64,000 bases of DNA from Chrysomallon squamiferum (taxonomy: Eukaryota; Animalia; Mollusca): assembly GCA_012295275.1 (NCBI GenBank), contig CM022676.1:5828001-5892000 (forward strand). Reading direction: 5' to 3'. Positions 27,922-41,700 of the stretch are shown here, piece after piece. Every line of letters starts with the position of its first letter. The first letter of the stretch is position 1. A program made the position numbers and the translations under genes. Below the pieces are notes generated by a model, which was not told where the DNA came from, did no database searches, and worked only from the letters and a program-made list of their open reading frames with translations.

Positions 27922-28717
27922 ATTTTATTTTTTGTCTGTCTGTTTGTTTGTTGTTTTCTTTCACTAATGCCATCACAACTATTATTATTATTATTTTGGC
28001 TACAAATCCATAAATTTACATAAACCATAAATATATATCCACAAAAAAAATAAATAATAAAATAAAATAAAATAAATAAATAAATAAATAAAAGAATAAA
28101 TAAAAGTTTGAATCATTTTAAAGAAAATTTACAGACACCAACCACTGTCTGTGACCTTTATACTTCAGTATCTTCTTCTTTCTTTCTTCTTTCTTCTTTC
28201 TTTCTTTCTTTTTTCTTTATTTTGAGAAACTTTTCTCATAAAGGTTTTAATGAAGATGTCAGGGTGGCCAGCAGATATCTTCAGACAGAAACCTTCAAAG
28301 ACACAGCACCAATTAATTACTCAGTTTCAGGCAAAATGGCCGCAAGTTAGGAAATAACAAGATTTTTTCTCTCTCTCCTCTCTCTCTCTCTCGAAGCTAA
28401 AGGGATAAAAAAGAAAATGGTGGTTTTCGAAATTCTAGCTTGAAGGATGAGTATAAAATGTCTAGAGGTTTTCCAGAGTTTTTTATTTTATTATTATTAT
28501 TATTTTTTTTTTTTTTTTTTGGTTTTTGTTTGTGGTTTTACGAGATATTGACGATGTCGTTAAATTGTTTCCAAAATTTGCTTGGTTTGTAGTTTTGAAG
28601 GTTTAAAAGTGTCAGGAACTTCCAGGGGGTAATTTGTAATAATTGTCTGGCCTTTTATTTTTATTTTATTTTTCAGTATATATATATATGTATGTATGTT
28701 AATATGTGGATATGCTT

Positions 28718-28748
<31 letters not shown>

Positions 28749-29368
28749 TTAAAGAATATCCACACATTTAAACACACACACACAGACAGACACACACACA
28801 AAATGAATAGCTACCTGGATATATGGATGGATGGATGAAAATAATTATATGAAAAACAGTAAAAGGATGAATGAAGGATAGACTGATAGAGGGATAAATA
28901 AAATTTGATGGACAGAAAGTGAATATTTGCATGGATGATAGGGATGGAAAGAATGAATGAATTGGGAGAAGAACAAAATAAAAGAAGAATGGATGAATGA
29001 CGGATAAGTCAGAGAAGGAATAAATTAAATAAACGATGGACAAATGGAGAAATAAAGGATATGTGGATGAATGAATGGATGAATGAATGGATGAATGAAA
29101 GCAAATACTCAAATATCATGAAATAATCAGTTGATGAGTAAATGAAAACTTTGATGCACATACATGGATGGATGGATGGATGAATGGACAGACAAATTAA
29201 CAGATGGACACATTATGGACATACAGAATAAAATGTATCATTAGCACAAGGTCGTCTGTGTAAAGATCACTTTAAAATTAATTAAGATTAATAGGTGTTG
29301 GGTTCGTGACCAGCCAATGATTATTTGTGAATATAAAAAGTTTAAAAAGTTGTAATTCAGTTATTTCT

Positions 29369-29452
<84 letters not shown>

Positions 29453-30393
29453 AGAGAGAGAGAGAGAGGGGGGATAGAGAGAGAGAGAGAATAATTTTTG
29501 TGCACAATATAAAAACTTATCTATAAAAGCAAAATTCATATTTATATCACTGAGTGTCAGAGATATACTGACAGACAGATAGACAGATGGATAGATAGAT
29601 GGATAGATAGATGGATAGACAGATGGACAGAGAGAGACAGAGAGAGACAGAAAGAGTGGCAGGGACAGTTTGAGTGAAAGGGGAGAGAAAGATAGAGCAG
29701 AGGACAGAAAGAAAAAAAAGGTAAAGGAATAACGGGAGAAAAAGAAACTAAACAAAACGGTGAAATTAGATTACCATTACAGAATTAAAATTCTTCTTGC
29801 ACACTAAAACCATGGAAAATTAGCAACTTTCATGTTTGTTTTGACTGTTGTTGTTATTTTCTTTAAAAATATCAAAATGAACCAAAATGACTAACGAGCA
29901 AAATAATTTGAGTTACCGACCATCAAACTGATTTCCTCCGACTCTTGATCTTGATAAATTAACATTCAGTTAACCGTTTTTTTTTTTTCTGTTACTATAA
30001 TTATTATTTATTTATTTTTATTACTACTACTACTATTATTATTATTATTTATTGTTTTGTTTTTGTTTTTTGTAATCTCGTCAGTTCGCACTGCTGGAGG
30101 GTGTGGGTGTGGGGGGGTGGTGGTGGTGTGGAAAATGATGCCTGTGTTTGTTGTTCAGTGGGAGGACTGCCGCAATTTGAGAACGAGTTAACGATTCCTG
30201 TGTTTTTCCGTGAGAGGACTGCCACAATCTCGGATGAGTTTATGATTTATGGAAGGAAAGCCGTTTCCTCTTTTTTTTTGCTGTTTTTGGATTATGACTC
30301 ACGGCTGGAAATGGTTATCATTACCACAAACATTTCAACATATTCATTGGAAAAAAAAAAAACCAGTTATATTTCTATATTTTTTTTTTTTTT

Positions 30394-30429
<36 letters not shown>

Positions 30430-30849
30430 TATTAAATCTCTAATTTATTAATTTTTAAGTTCCAAAATTTTTTTTTTATGATTATGTTGTCCTCTCTCAA
30501 GTTTTATTTTTAATGTTTCAGATTAATTTAGACATTTTTTTTTTTTTTTCAATTTTGGAATATTTTTATTATTTTTATTTTTCATACTTGGCTTGTTTTT
30601 GTAGATATATTTTGCGATAAAATTTTATTTTCTAATTAATCAAAATAAATAAATAAATGAATGAATAAATAACATACATAAATAAAATATTTAAAATTTA
30701 AAAGTAATTCTTCATTTTTGAAAAAAAGAATAAAATTAACATTTCTTACAGCTAATAGTATTGTTGAAAATGAAAAAACTTTTAGTTTTTTAAAAATGTA
30801 AAAAATATTTTCCTTTTTTTGAAAACTGGTTTTAATTTTGAAAAACTTG

Positions 30850-31353
30850 ATAATAAAAAACAAAAATTAAAAATAAAGACATAAAAAACAAACCAAAAAA
30901 AATAATAAAATAAAAATTCTTTACTTTTACATAAAATTTATGAAAATTAAAACAACAGTTAATAAAAAATAAAATAAAATAAAATTCTTTAAATAAATAT
31001 ATATTTAAAAAAATTTCAAAAATAAAATAAAAATGAATTAATAAAATAAAAAAAATATATAAAAAAAATTAAAAAAAATCAACAAAATAAAAAAAATAAA
31101 CAAAATAAAAATAAAAAAATTTACAAAATAAAAAGAAAAATATTAACAAAATAAATTAACAAATAAAGAACATTTTTTAAAATAAAAACTAAATTTACAC
31201 AATAAAAATAAATTTAAAAAAAAAAGAAGAGAATGATTTACGATAAAATTTAAAAAAAAATAAAAATCAACAAAATAATTTCACAAAAAAAAAAAAAAAA
31301 AATTAAACAAAATAATAATAATAATAAAAAAATTAAAAAAATAAAAAAAAAAA
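30850..31353. repeat. Extreme A-rich low-complexity tract
   Basis: About 500 bp dominated by A-runs broken by T; preceded by a T-rich tract at about 30380-30630. Confidence 0.9.
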
Positions 31354-31739
31354 TCCCTGTAATTTAGTATCGACCGAATATTTCCATTCCGTATAAGATT
31401 TACAATTTTCCCCAGCAATCACTATTTCTTTATATTAAAAAAAATCAAAATCTTATTTGCAAGCATTTTCCATCGAGGCCAATGGACCATCACAATAACT
31501 TTCTCCTTTCTATGTTAATGTTGTCTCTTCATCGTCTTATTTACGACTCTTCTGGGCTACAGGCAAGTGCACATCAAAACAGCGTTGTTGTTGTAGTAGT
31601 TGGTTTATGACACATGTACAGCGACGTGCGGACATGACGTGACTAATTCGATGTTAAACTTGGGAGATGGTGCTATGAGGAAAATGGGGGGAAAGTAGAA
31701 AAAAAAAAAAAAAAAAAGAAAGAAAGGAACTCAACAGTT

Positions 31740-32078
31740 TGTTGATTTGTGGGAAATTCACTTTTTATAAAGTGGAAGTTTTTTTTTAGTGTTTTTTTTA
31801 TGAACTGTGGAGTGAGACCTTTACTGATTTTTTTGTGTTTTCTCAGTTTCTTTGGTTTATGTTAATTTATTGTTTTCTAATTTATTCATCCTTTATTCAT
31901 TGTTTTTTGTTGATGTGTGGAAATTCACTTTTTATAAAGTGGGAGGTTTTTTTTAGTGTTTTTTTTATGAACTGTGGAGTGAGTCCTTTACTGGTTTTTT
32001 TTGTGTTTTCTCAGTTTCTTTGGTTTATGTTAATTTATTGTTTTCTAATTTATTCGTCCTTTATTCATTGTTTTTTTT
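31740..32078. repeat. Recent ~168-bp tandem duplication
   Basis: TGTTGAT.TGTGGAAATTCACTTTTTATAAAGTGG...TTTATTCATTGTTTTTT occurs twice with few differences (about 31740-31907 and 31908-32078). Confidence 0.9.
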
Positions 32079-32563
32079 TATTCATTTCATTTATCCTCTT
32101 TGTTCATCCTTTATTCTCTCACATTTGTCAACTTTATTCATCATTTTACATGTTGATGTATCTTCTAATTATTCATTCTTCTCTCCATTTCAAAACTTCC
32201 CTTATTCATTCACCCTTTTTAAAAAATCCTTATTACTTTGAACATTTGTACATCCATCCTTCTCTAAATCACTTACATACCTTTCTATACCATACACGTC
32301 TTTATGACACTAACACAACCCTCTGTAATGTACACACTCACACACAATACCACAACCATCTTCACTGCAGCAAAACACTCTTCAAAATAATATTTTTATT
32401 TCAGAATCTTATCTTTTTTTATTCCTTCTGTGCTTCTCACATACAATTCTGTAACATCATGTGTGGTATAAACATGTACACTTTCATAATAACATATAAC
32501 ATGATCTTCATCCATCCATCCATCCATCCATTCATCCATTACATACTTCTGTACTGTATATTA

Positions 32564-32778
32564 CAGGGTGGCCCAAAAGTAGGTTTACAGTTATTAAACC
32601 ATCGTTTATATGCTTGAAGTTACTTGCTAAGTACAGTTAACATAAAATACAATGTTGAAGGAGGACATTTTGAGCATCTGAGAGATTAAACAGTTTCTGT
32701 TTAATGCTTGAAACATGCTTGTATTTTAAAATAAAATTGCCTACGTAATGACTGTAAACCTACTTTTGGGCCACCCTG
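32564..32778 (+). mobile_element. Non-autonomous Tc1/mariner-superfamily DNA transposon (internal-deletion derivative/MITE), 215 bp
   Basis: Perfect 28-bp TIRs CAGGGTGGCCCAAAAGTAGGTTTACAGT (32564-32591) and its reverse complement (32751-32778), with TA on both sides. Internal 32651-32689 translates NVEGGHFEHLRD*, resembling the C-terminal GGHFE motif of mariner/Tc1-like transposases. Confidence 0.93.
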
Positions 32779-32804
32779 TATGTATTCATAATACTTACAT
32801 ACCG

Positions 32805-33350
32805 TTCTGTACCTTACATCTCTATAATACACACATACACGTCTACAAACATCATCACTATAACAAAAGACGCTGACATATCCTTCTATATCCTATATCT
32901 CTATAACACACACACACTTTTTACCATACCCTACATCTATAATACACACATACATAACTTTCTGTACCCTACATCTCTATAATACACACACACACACACA
33001 CTTTTTACCATACCCTACATCTATAATACACACACATACATAACTTTCTATACCCTACAGCTCTATAAAACACACACAAACACACAAACAGGTCTACAAA
33101 GATCCTCACTGTAAACAAAAGATGCTGACATATCCTTCTATATCCTATATTTCTGTCATACTCACATATCCTACATCTCTATAACACACACATACATAAC
33201 TTTCTATACCCTACATCTCTATAATACACACACAAACACACACACGTACATAACTTTCTATACCCTACATCTCTATAATACACACACACACACACAACAC
33301 AAACAGGTCTACAAAGATCCTCACTGTAACAAAAGACGCTGACATATCTG
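32805..33350. repeat. Minisatellite (~40-45 bp CCTACATCTCTATAATACACAC...AACTTTCTATAC) with a nested longer repeat
   Basis: Short unit recurs about 9-10 times; GTCTACAAA.ATC.TCACT.TAACAAAAGA.GCTGACATATC recurs 3 times (about 32841, 33092, 33307). Confidence 0.9.
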
Positions 33351-33375
33351 TGTCCAGCCACTGTTTTCTGGTTAC

Positions 33376-33573
33376 TAATCCACTCAACCGTCCTCTCAGA
33401 CGTGTTTATCCTTGCTGTTCACTTGTCGAGTGCTCGTTTCCACCTGACACTCGCTTAGTACTGGATTAGGTAAACACCATTTATTACGTCTACCTGTGGC
33501 ACAGGTAAAGCTGACAGGGTTATCTCAGGCCAGAGGTTGTTTGAGTCAGTGCAGGTGAGATATCTCCTACCTG
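33376..33573. promoter_or_regulatory. Candidate enhancer: CAGGTG/CAGGTA cluster with TAATCC and AP-1-like site
   Basis: CACCTG 33441, TACCTG 33491, CAGGTA 33502, CAGGTG 33552, TACCTG 33568; TAATCC 33376; GGATTA 33463; TGAGTCA 33542. Confidence 0.45.
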
Positions 33574-33639
33574 GAATTTGATGTATTCTTAATCTTCGAG
33601 AGTGTGGGTTTGGGGGATGGGGTTATTAATAATGAAGAA

Positions 33640-33690
<51 letters not shown>

Positions 33691-33695
33691 GATGA

Positions 33696-33769
<74 letters not shown>

Positions 33770-34220
33770 GATGATGGTGATGATGGTGATGATGGTGATG
33801 ATGATAAGGAAGAAAAATAATTGGCCTTTTTCATCCTCTGCTTTGAAATTCTGTTTTTATCATTACTACTACTGTTACTGCTACAGCTACTACTACTGCC
33901 ACCACTACTGCTACTGCAGTTACTGCAGCTACAACTACTACTATTATTATGATCAGTATTACTACTACTACTGTTACTACTAGTATCACTAATACTACAA
34001 CTACTGTTATTACTACAAACCCCCCCTACTACTACTACTACTACTACTATTACTACTATTACTACTGCTACTACTACCACCACCACCATTATTATTGTCA
34101 TTGTTACTACTATGACATTAACTATCCATTAATTCATTTATTTATTTACAATAAAAAGCTACTGTTACTACTACTATTATTATTATTATTACTATTACTT
34201 CTACTATTACTGCTACTGCT
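33640..34220. repeat. (GAT/GGT)n tract followed by (ACT/ATT)n tract
   Basis: Visible triplet repeats at 33640-33805 and 33860-34220. Confidence 0.95.
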
Positions 34221-34463
34221 AATGGACTTGCTGTTACTGATATTTGTATTACTATCAGTACAGTTGTTACTGGTTGCTGCAGTCATTACTGCTGCTTTAG
34301 TTGTATCTGCTATTACTGTTAGTGTGAAGCAAGGTAAAAGAACAGGGGAGAGCAAAAAAGAGAGGAGGGAAGGGGAGAGAGAAAGAAAGAGATAAAAGAA
34401 CAGACTACTAGAGGCAAAATGAAATTTATGGATCAGTGTGAAAAAATAGGGAGGTGGGAAGAA

Positions 34464-34527
<64 letters not shown>

Positions 34528-35184
34528 AGAGAGAATAGAGGGGGAAGAGGATGAAAGGGGAGAGAGGAAGAAAAGAAGAGAGAGAATAAGAGAAAGACAG
34601 CACAAGAGAGAAAGTGGAAGAATGAGAAGGAAAGAAAGAAAGAGCGACAGAGAGATAAAATGGACCCAAGTGAAAACCAAAATGCATGAAAGAGAAGGCT
34701 CAAGATCTTTACATGCTGAAAAAGAGAGAGACAGTGACAGACAAACAGACATACAGAGAGACAGACAGGGAGAAAGAAAACACAGAGATGATGATGATGA
34801 TGACAAAGAAAAGATAATTATTTCTAAATACACACTAACTCAGATGGGTTTTTTTTCAAATTCTTCACCTTTCTCCTGTCACAATCCTGATGCCACACAG
34901 ACATTTCTGTTTTCTCTCTCTCTCTCTCTTTCTCTTTCCCAGAGAGCTTTCCCATCCTAATAAACAGAGGATTTATTGTGGGGCTGTTTAGCAGAGGAGT
35001 TAATTAACATCAGTGAAAGAAGAATTCATTCTCCCGACTGCTGACATTTCAGTTCCAATTTCAAATGTCCACTTACATCCCTCCTCCCAGTTAATAAATA
35101 AACAAACAAACAAATAAATGAATGGATGGATGGATTGATGGATTGGGATGTGTATGGGTAAGCTGTAAATTGGAAAAAGTAACG

Positions 35185-35251
35185 AGGTCGCAGGTTGAAG
35201 GTCGTCAAGAGTCTGGTGTGAAGAAGGAGAAAGGTCAGAGGTCAGAGGTTG
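35185..35251 (+). promoter_or_regulatory. Two triple DR1-spaced AGGT(C/T)(A/G) arrays (candidate nuclear-receptor element)
   Basis: AGGTCG-C-AGGTTG-A-AGGTCG (35185-35204) and AGGTCA-G-AGGTCA-G-AGGTTG (35232-35251). Confidence 0.4.
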
Positions 35252-37884
35252 TGTTTTTGAATAGTGCTTTCATGGAGTCTTGCTTAGAATTATGTCACTG
35301 AAAATATTATAACCTTTGGGATGATTGTGAAGATGATGGTTGTGATGATGATTGTAATGATGGCTATAAAGACGATGACTGATGGTGTTGATAAATGATG
35401 TTGAATATGATCACTGTTACTGAAGATGATGAATAATGATGGTTGGTATCAATATGACTGATGATAAATGTTGATCAAAATGATCCAAATTATTATATGA
35501 TGATGATAATTACCAAAATGATATGATGGTAATGATTATTATGACTTATGAATACTACAATGAGTAATGATGATGAGTATGACTAAGATGATGACATTAG
35601 TCATGATGATGTTGATGATTATTTTCTTGTTCCAAATAAATCTTGAAATTTCCATTTGTTATTTCAAATTTGTCTCCAAACACTTCCAGTGTCCCTCCCC
35701 AACTTTCCCAAACTTAAACACAAACGAACGAACCCTGGCAACATGTCCCCAGTTGTTTCACTCTCGTCCCATGTGTTTCACTGTCCCATGTCCAAGTTAT
35801 TTAACCCAATAAATCTCACAACTTAACTTTTCATGTTTCAAAACGTGGCAGGACAATAAATCTTGAGTCAATTCTTCTTGCGTTTCAGTCCTGACCTTTT
35901 CCCCCATCCCCCTTCCCCCATCCCCCACCCTCAACTATTTCAGCTGTCCAGTGTCGCCCCCCCCACATGTGTTTGTCCAAAACAATGTCCAGCATGTCTG
36001 CTTCAAAGCTTGTCCCTGCACATTACCGCTGTAACTTTGAAGATAATTCAACATCAAGTGTGAATCATAAATCTCGTAGAAAAATTTAAAACAAAACCGA
36101 CAACCTCAGCAGATCTTTCTTATTACCAGAAACCGAGAGAGAGCTTTGAGTTACAACAGCGTGTATCAGTTCCTCCAGAGGTGAGGAGGTTTGACTCCCA
36201 GGGGGGGCAGGTCCAGTGGAGATTTTAACGGGGGTGGGGGAAGGGGGTCTGGGGTTGAAATTTTTAAAGATTTGAGAATGGTCGTACGCAATATTTTGGT
36301 AGAAAAATTAAAGCATGTTTTTGTTTTACTGGAATGAAATTTCTGTTACAGTATTTCAGTCCCAGAAAGGTGTGGATTTTATATCAGGGACAGTACAAGT
36401 AAAATTTTATGGGATATTTGTTATTAGTAGAATAAGATTTAAGTTGAAGTATTTCAATCCCAGGGTGATGTTTGAGTTTGTCAGTTTGACAATTCCACTA
36501 AAGATTTTGAAGTGGGATTTTAAAGATGTGAGAAAAACATCAACCATACTATTGTTAGAAAAAAAAAAAAAAAAAAAAAAATTAAACATTCTTTTGTTTA
36601 TTTATTAGAATAATATTCAAGTTACAAATATTTCAAACTAGAGAAGTATGGAATCCAATCAGGAAAAATCTGGTGAGAGTTTTTTTTTAAAGGGGTGAAT
36701 TTTTTTAAAAAATTTTTTTTTAACACGCTAGATTGACAATAACTGTAACGTTGGTTGTAAAATTAAACCAGACAGATTTTTCTTATTACTAGAAGAAGTT
36801 TTAACTTACACTCTGGGTTTCAAATCCTTGGGGGATAAAGTTTCCATCGGGGGGGGTAACCAATGGAGATTCAGGGGGGGTTGGGTGACTAAATGTTAAG
36901 ATTTTAAAGATGAAGGTAATTATACTGTGTTGGTATAGGAAATGTTTAAAATAAAAGTCAAGACAGGTTTTTGTTATTATAGAGTTTGAGTTGCACCTTA
37001 TTAATAGAAGAATATCAAATTTCTGTCTGGGAGTATTCATATACGGAGAATTTTTTTTTTTTTAATATTAAATTTTTTTAGTGGAAGGTTTTATTAAAGA
37101 TACAAGAATGAAGATAATTATGTTTCTGGTATAAAAATTTATTAAAATATGACAACCATACATTTTTTTTTTTTTTTTTTTTTTTAAAATTTTGTTATTA
37201 TTAACAGATGTAGGTTCAAGATGTCTGTTCGAAAGAGGTGAGGTTTTGCACCAGAAAGATCCTTTGTCTTTCAAATGATTGTTCAGGAGAGTTTAGAAGG
37301 GGTGTAGAAGTCTAACATAATTATAACAACAACAACAAAAACTGAACTAAACTTCTGATGCAAAACCTAACAAAAAGTGACAAACGTTTTTTCTTTAATT
37401 TCTAGAATTAATTTTAAATTACTTTTTTTTTATTTCTCGTAGCCTCGATTTTCTGGGTGTCCTCCTACCTTGTGTCCTCCTCATGGGTGTCACAGGGTGT
37501 GTCCAGGTGAGATTTAAGAGTAGGGAGAGGGAGAAGAGATGTTGGGATAGGGATAAGAAAAATGATTTGTGTCAGATTTAATCCAGGTGTTTCATGGCAA
37601 AGGTAAAAACACCTGCAGGTATAAATTAAGATGAGTATTTTTATGTGTGTGTGTGTGTGAATAAAGGGAGATGTATGGTGATGGGAACTGTTGAAAGAGA
37701 CCACCTTTGTAATTCTTGCTTGTTTATATTTGGTGGAAAGGAAGGAGAGAAATTAATGTTGGAAGAGTTTGTAAAGGTTCCGTGTGTGTAAATGTGAAGA
37801 AAAAAAGAAAGAAGGGTTATGCATGATTTGTTTTCAGTATAGGTAAATGTTTGTTTAATCAACCATGAAATTAAATTAAACTGT

Positions 37885-38706
37885 TATATCATCATCATCA
37901 TCATTATTATAATTCATCATTTTCATCATTAACTTCATCATCATCATCATCACCACCACCATGACCATAAGAGTTACCATTACCATCATCATCATCTTCA
38001 TCACCATCATCATTATTTTCATCATCTATCTTTATTACAATAATAAAAAAAAACACTTTGTCTATCTTAATCATAATAATAATGAAATCATTAACACCAT
38101 TGTCATCACCGTTTACAATAATCACAACAACAACAACAACTACTACTACTACTACTACAACAATAAATATTTAAACACCCAAGAGTCTGCCAGACCTGTT
38201 CTTTATTGATCATATTAGATATCAGAATTAGCTCACACACAGCCATGAAGTCTCATTGTTATATCATAACTGTGTTGTATCAGTGACATTATTATTATTA
38301 TTGTTAATTTATTGTTGTTGTTGTTGTTGCTGTTATTTATTATTATTATTATTGTTATTGTTATTACTATCAATATACCATTATTATTAAAACAGTTACT
38401 GTTATTATTATCAATTCCTATTGTTACTATCACCATTATTACTAGTACCACTATTACTACTACTACTTCCCCTATTATTATTATTATTTACTACTACTAC
38501 TGTTACTACTATAACTACTACTACTTCTACTGTTGTTATTATTACTATCATTAATATACCATTATTATTATTACTGTTACTATTATTATTACTATTATTA
38601 CAATTACCATCACTGTTATTATTACTATTAATTGTATTACTATTATTACTATCTTCAGCATTACTACTATTACTACTACTACTCCTACCATTACTACTAC
38701 TACTAC

Positions 38707-38754
<48 letters not shown>

Positions 38755-38755
38755 C
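37885..38755. repeat. (CAT)/(ATT)/(ACT) trinucleotide low-complexity region
   Basis: Visible triplet tracts with one short unique interruption at about 38170-38290. Confidence 0.9.
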
Positions 38756-41700
38756 AACATCTTCTAACAGATGAATTTATCATCTTTATCACAAAACAAT
38801 GACAAATTTTTGTTTTCCTGAGCAGAGGTGGTCTTGGGACAAACACTTCAGTTTTTAAGATCCACTGTTGAAAAATGTGGTCATGTGATATGAAGTCTGA
38901 TAAAATACTACTATCTAAACAACAAACACTGTCACTGCTGATACCAAACTCAGGTGGTCCTCTTGTTTATCTGTGGAGATAACCCAAAGAAAAAGAAAAA
39001 TTAAAATATAAAATATTCTACAGTTTACATTTGATAATTTTATTTTATTTTTTATTTTATTATTGTGTGTGTGTGTGTATGAGAGAGAGACAGAGAGAGA
39101 GAGATTTGTATATTTTATATAGCAGAGTACAAATGTTCATTTTATTTTTGAAATAAGAACATTAAGAATAACCTGAATTATGCTGGAGAATGGACATGAA
39201 TGTTTTAAAAAAAAAAAAAATCTGCACATCCATCCATCCATCCATCCATCCATCATTGTCATTGATTCATTTAGTAATGTTTTTCTTTTACCATTCAGTT
39301 ATCCATTTAATTATTCATTCTGTTTATCTTTCTATCCATCTTTCTCTCCATCCTTCTATCCATTTGTCCATCGATCTTTCCATCTTTTATATTTGCATCC
39401 ATTTATTCTTTATATATTTTCATACATCCACCACTTATTTATTTATTTATTTATTTATTTATTATAATCATCAATCATCCATACATTCTAAAGCATCACG
39501 TTTTCATTGATTGTCATCTTACTTTAATACTTCCAAAGGACCGACAACTCATTAAACATAGCTTTAGAGTTATCTTTTCCTTTCTTCAGTAGGTCATAGT
39601 GCCCCAAATCTGTATATTCAAAACGTTACAGCTGTATTCTGTTTTTACTTAGGAACTTTAAGCTTTGTTTTTCTTTTTCTTACTTTCCTTTACTAATTAG
39701 GTAGATATTTTCAATATAATAGTTCTCTTAATACTTTGCACATTGGATGTAATCAAATAAGCTAATTGTTTTCAGAAAAAATGAGATTTTGTTTTCGTTG
39801 TTTTCCCTTTTTCTTATTCTCACATATTAGCTAGATAATTTTCGAAAATAATTATAAGTATCTTACACTTAGACAAAATAGTTTTAAACCAGTCATATTT
39901 TACCAAAACAGTTTAAAATATTTTGTAATTTGAAGAACTTTTTTTTTTTTTTTTTAATACTGTTGATTTGAAAATAGATAATTTTAAGCACCATATTAGT
40001 AAAAATAATTATAAATATTTTATTATTAGAAAGAATAATTAAAAAAAACATGTTATAATTTAGATATTTTTATTTATCTTGTATTAATAATAAAAAAAAA
40101 TTAAATTAGTTTTAAGCATTTTGTAATGAGGAAAAAAGTTTTTTAATATTTTATAATTACGTAAAAAATAATTGAATTCATTTTAAAATTATAAAAATTA
40201 TCTAATTATAAAAATAAAAAATTAAAAAAATTAAACATTCTGTAATCTGAAAAAAAAATTAAAAAAAAAAGAAGAAAAAAAGAAAGACTCAGACATTCAT
40301 AATTTCAAACAAAAAACTTTGCAAAATACGACAACATAAACAGTCTCAAATGCATCGTAATTTAAGAACGAATTAGTCGCATTTACACGTGACAAGTGAT
40401 CTCTCAGGTGTCTGGGCATTTTACCTGATTACCCAGTTCATTTTTTTTTTTTGTAAAAACACAGAATTACACCGAGTTTTCTTCTAGCTAATGTTTACGA
40501 AAAAACTGCACTAAAAACTACGTTACTTCTCAACCTTTAGTGAAATTACGGCACGCGAAAAGTTCCTTAGCAACACCTTTTGCATGCCTCGGTATCACTT
40601 TTCAAAGGGAAGTAATCACACAGGTTATGCAGTCTTAATGAGCAAATGTGTTTGAGAATTTCAACCAATGAGATTCCGTGTTGACGTTTTCTGCGAGACC
40701 GCTGCTGTAATGGAAGGTGGGTGGGTGGGGGGAATGATGGGTTTCCAAGCATGAAATGAGAGGTGTGGGTAAAGATGGAATCGGCTGTAGAAAAATGGTA
40801 ATGGTTTGTTTTGCGTTACGCTGTAGTGGAAAGGAGTAAAAAGAAGGAGATTTTTTTACGGTCGTGTAAAAATGTGTTTGATTCGTGTTTGTGATGTGTT
40901 ACTGTTGTGTTAAGTACCGGTATATACATGAAAGGTGTAGGTGTGTACATGAGCATGTTAACTTATATGTACACACACACACACACACACATTCCCAGTG
41001 ATTTTACACACACACACACTGATTGTCTGAATATACATGTAAGTGTCTGCATGCATATTCAAATGCATACATAAACAGATGCAAACACACACTCACACAT
41101 ATGAACACACACATACAAACACACACATACAATATGCACACATACAAACACACACATACATATGCACACATACAAACACACACATACAAACACACACATT
41201 CAAACACACACATAACACACCAAATTCTGTACAAAGCCAAACCCACTCTAAGCTGACATTATTATCATCATCATCATCATTATATCACAATTATCATTTC
41301 ATTACCATCATCATCATCATCATCATCATTGTTATCATTATCATTATTATTTGTTGTTAATTTTTTCTTAATATTGTTATTATTATTGTTGTTGTTATTG
41401 TTCTTGTCATCATCATCATCAACAAGCATATTTTTTGGAAACCCACGACCTTTACCCACAAGACAGCACAAACCTTCTTTCTTACCTCGCCCCACACACA
41501 CACACACACCCCAACATTCTCCCTTCCTGTACCCCCACCATCTCCCACACCCTGTGTACCAGAACCAAGCCTGTTGTCTTATAAACTGACATCAGTGTAA
41601 CAAAAAAAAGTAACGTAAGTCTTTTGACACCCCGTAACCTTTTCTCCTGTCAGATTGACTCCAGTTCGTCAATTGTTGTTTGATCGCCAGCGATCAAAAG

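Noticed and set aside
31835-32617. 260-aa ORF with internal repeat
   Set aside because: Runs through a T-rich tandem duplication and ends inside the MITE; Phe/Leu/Ile/His-biased, no recognisable domain, non-ATG start.
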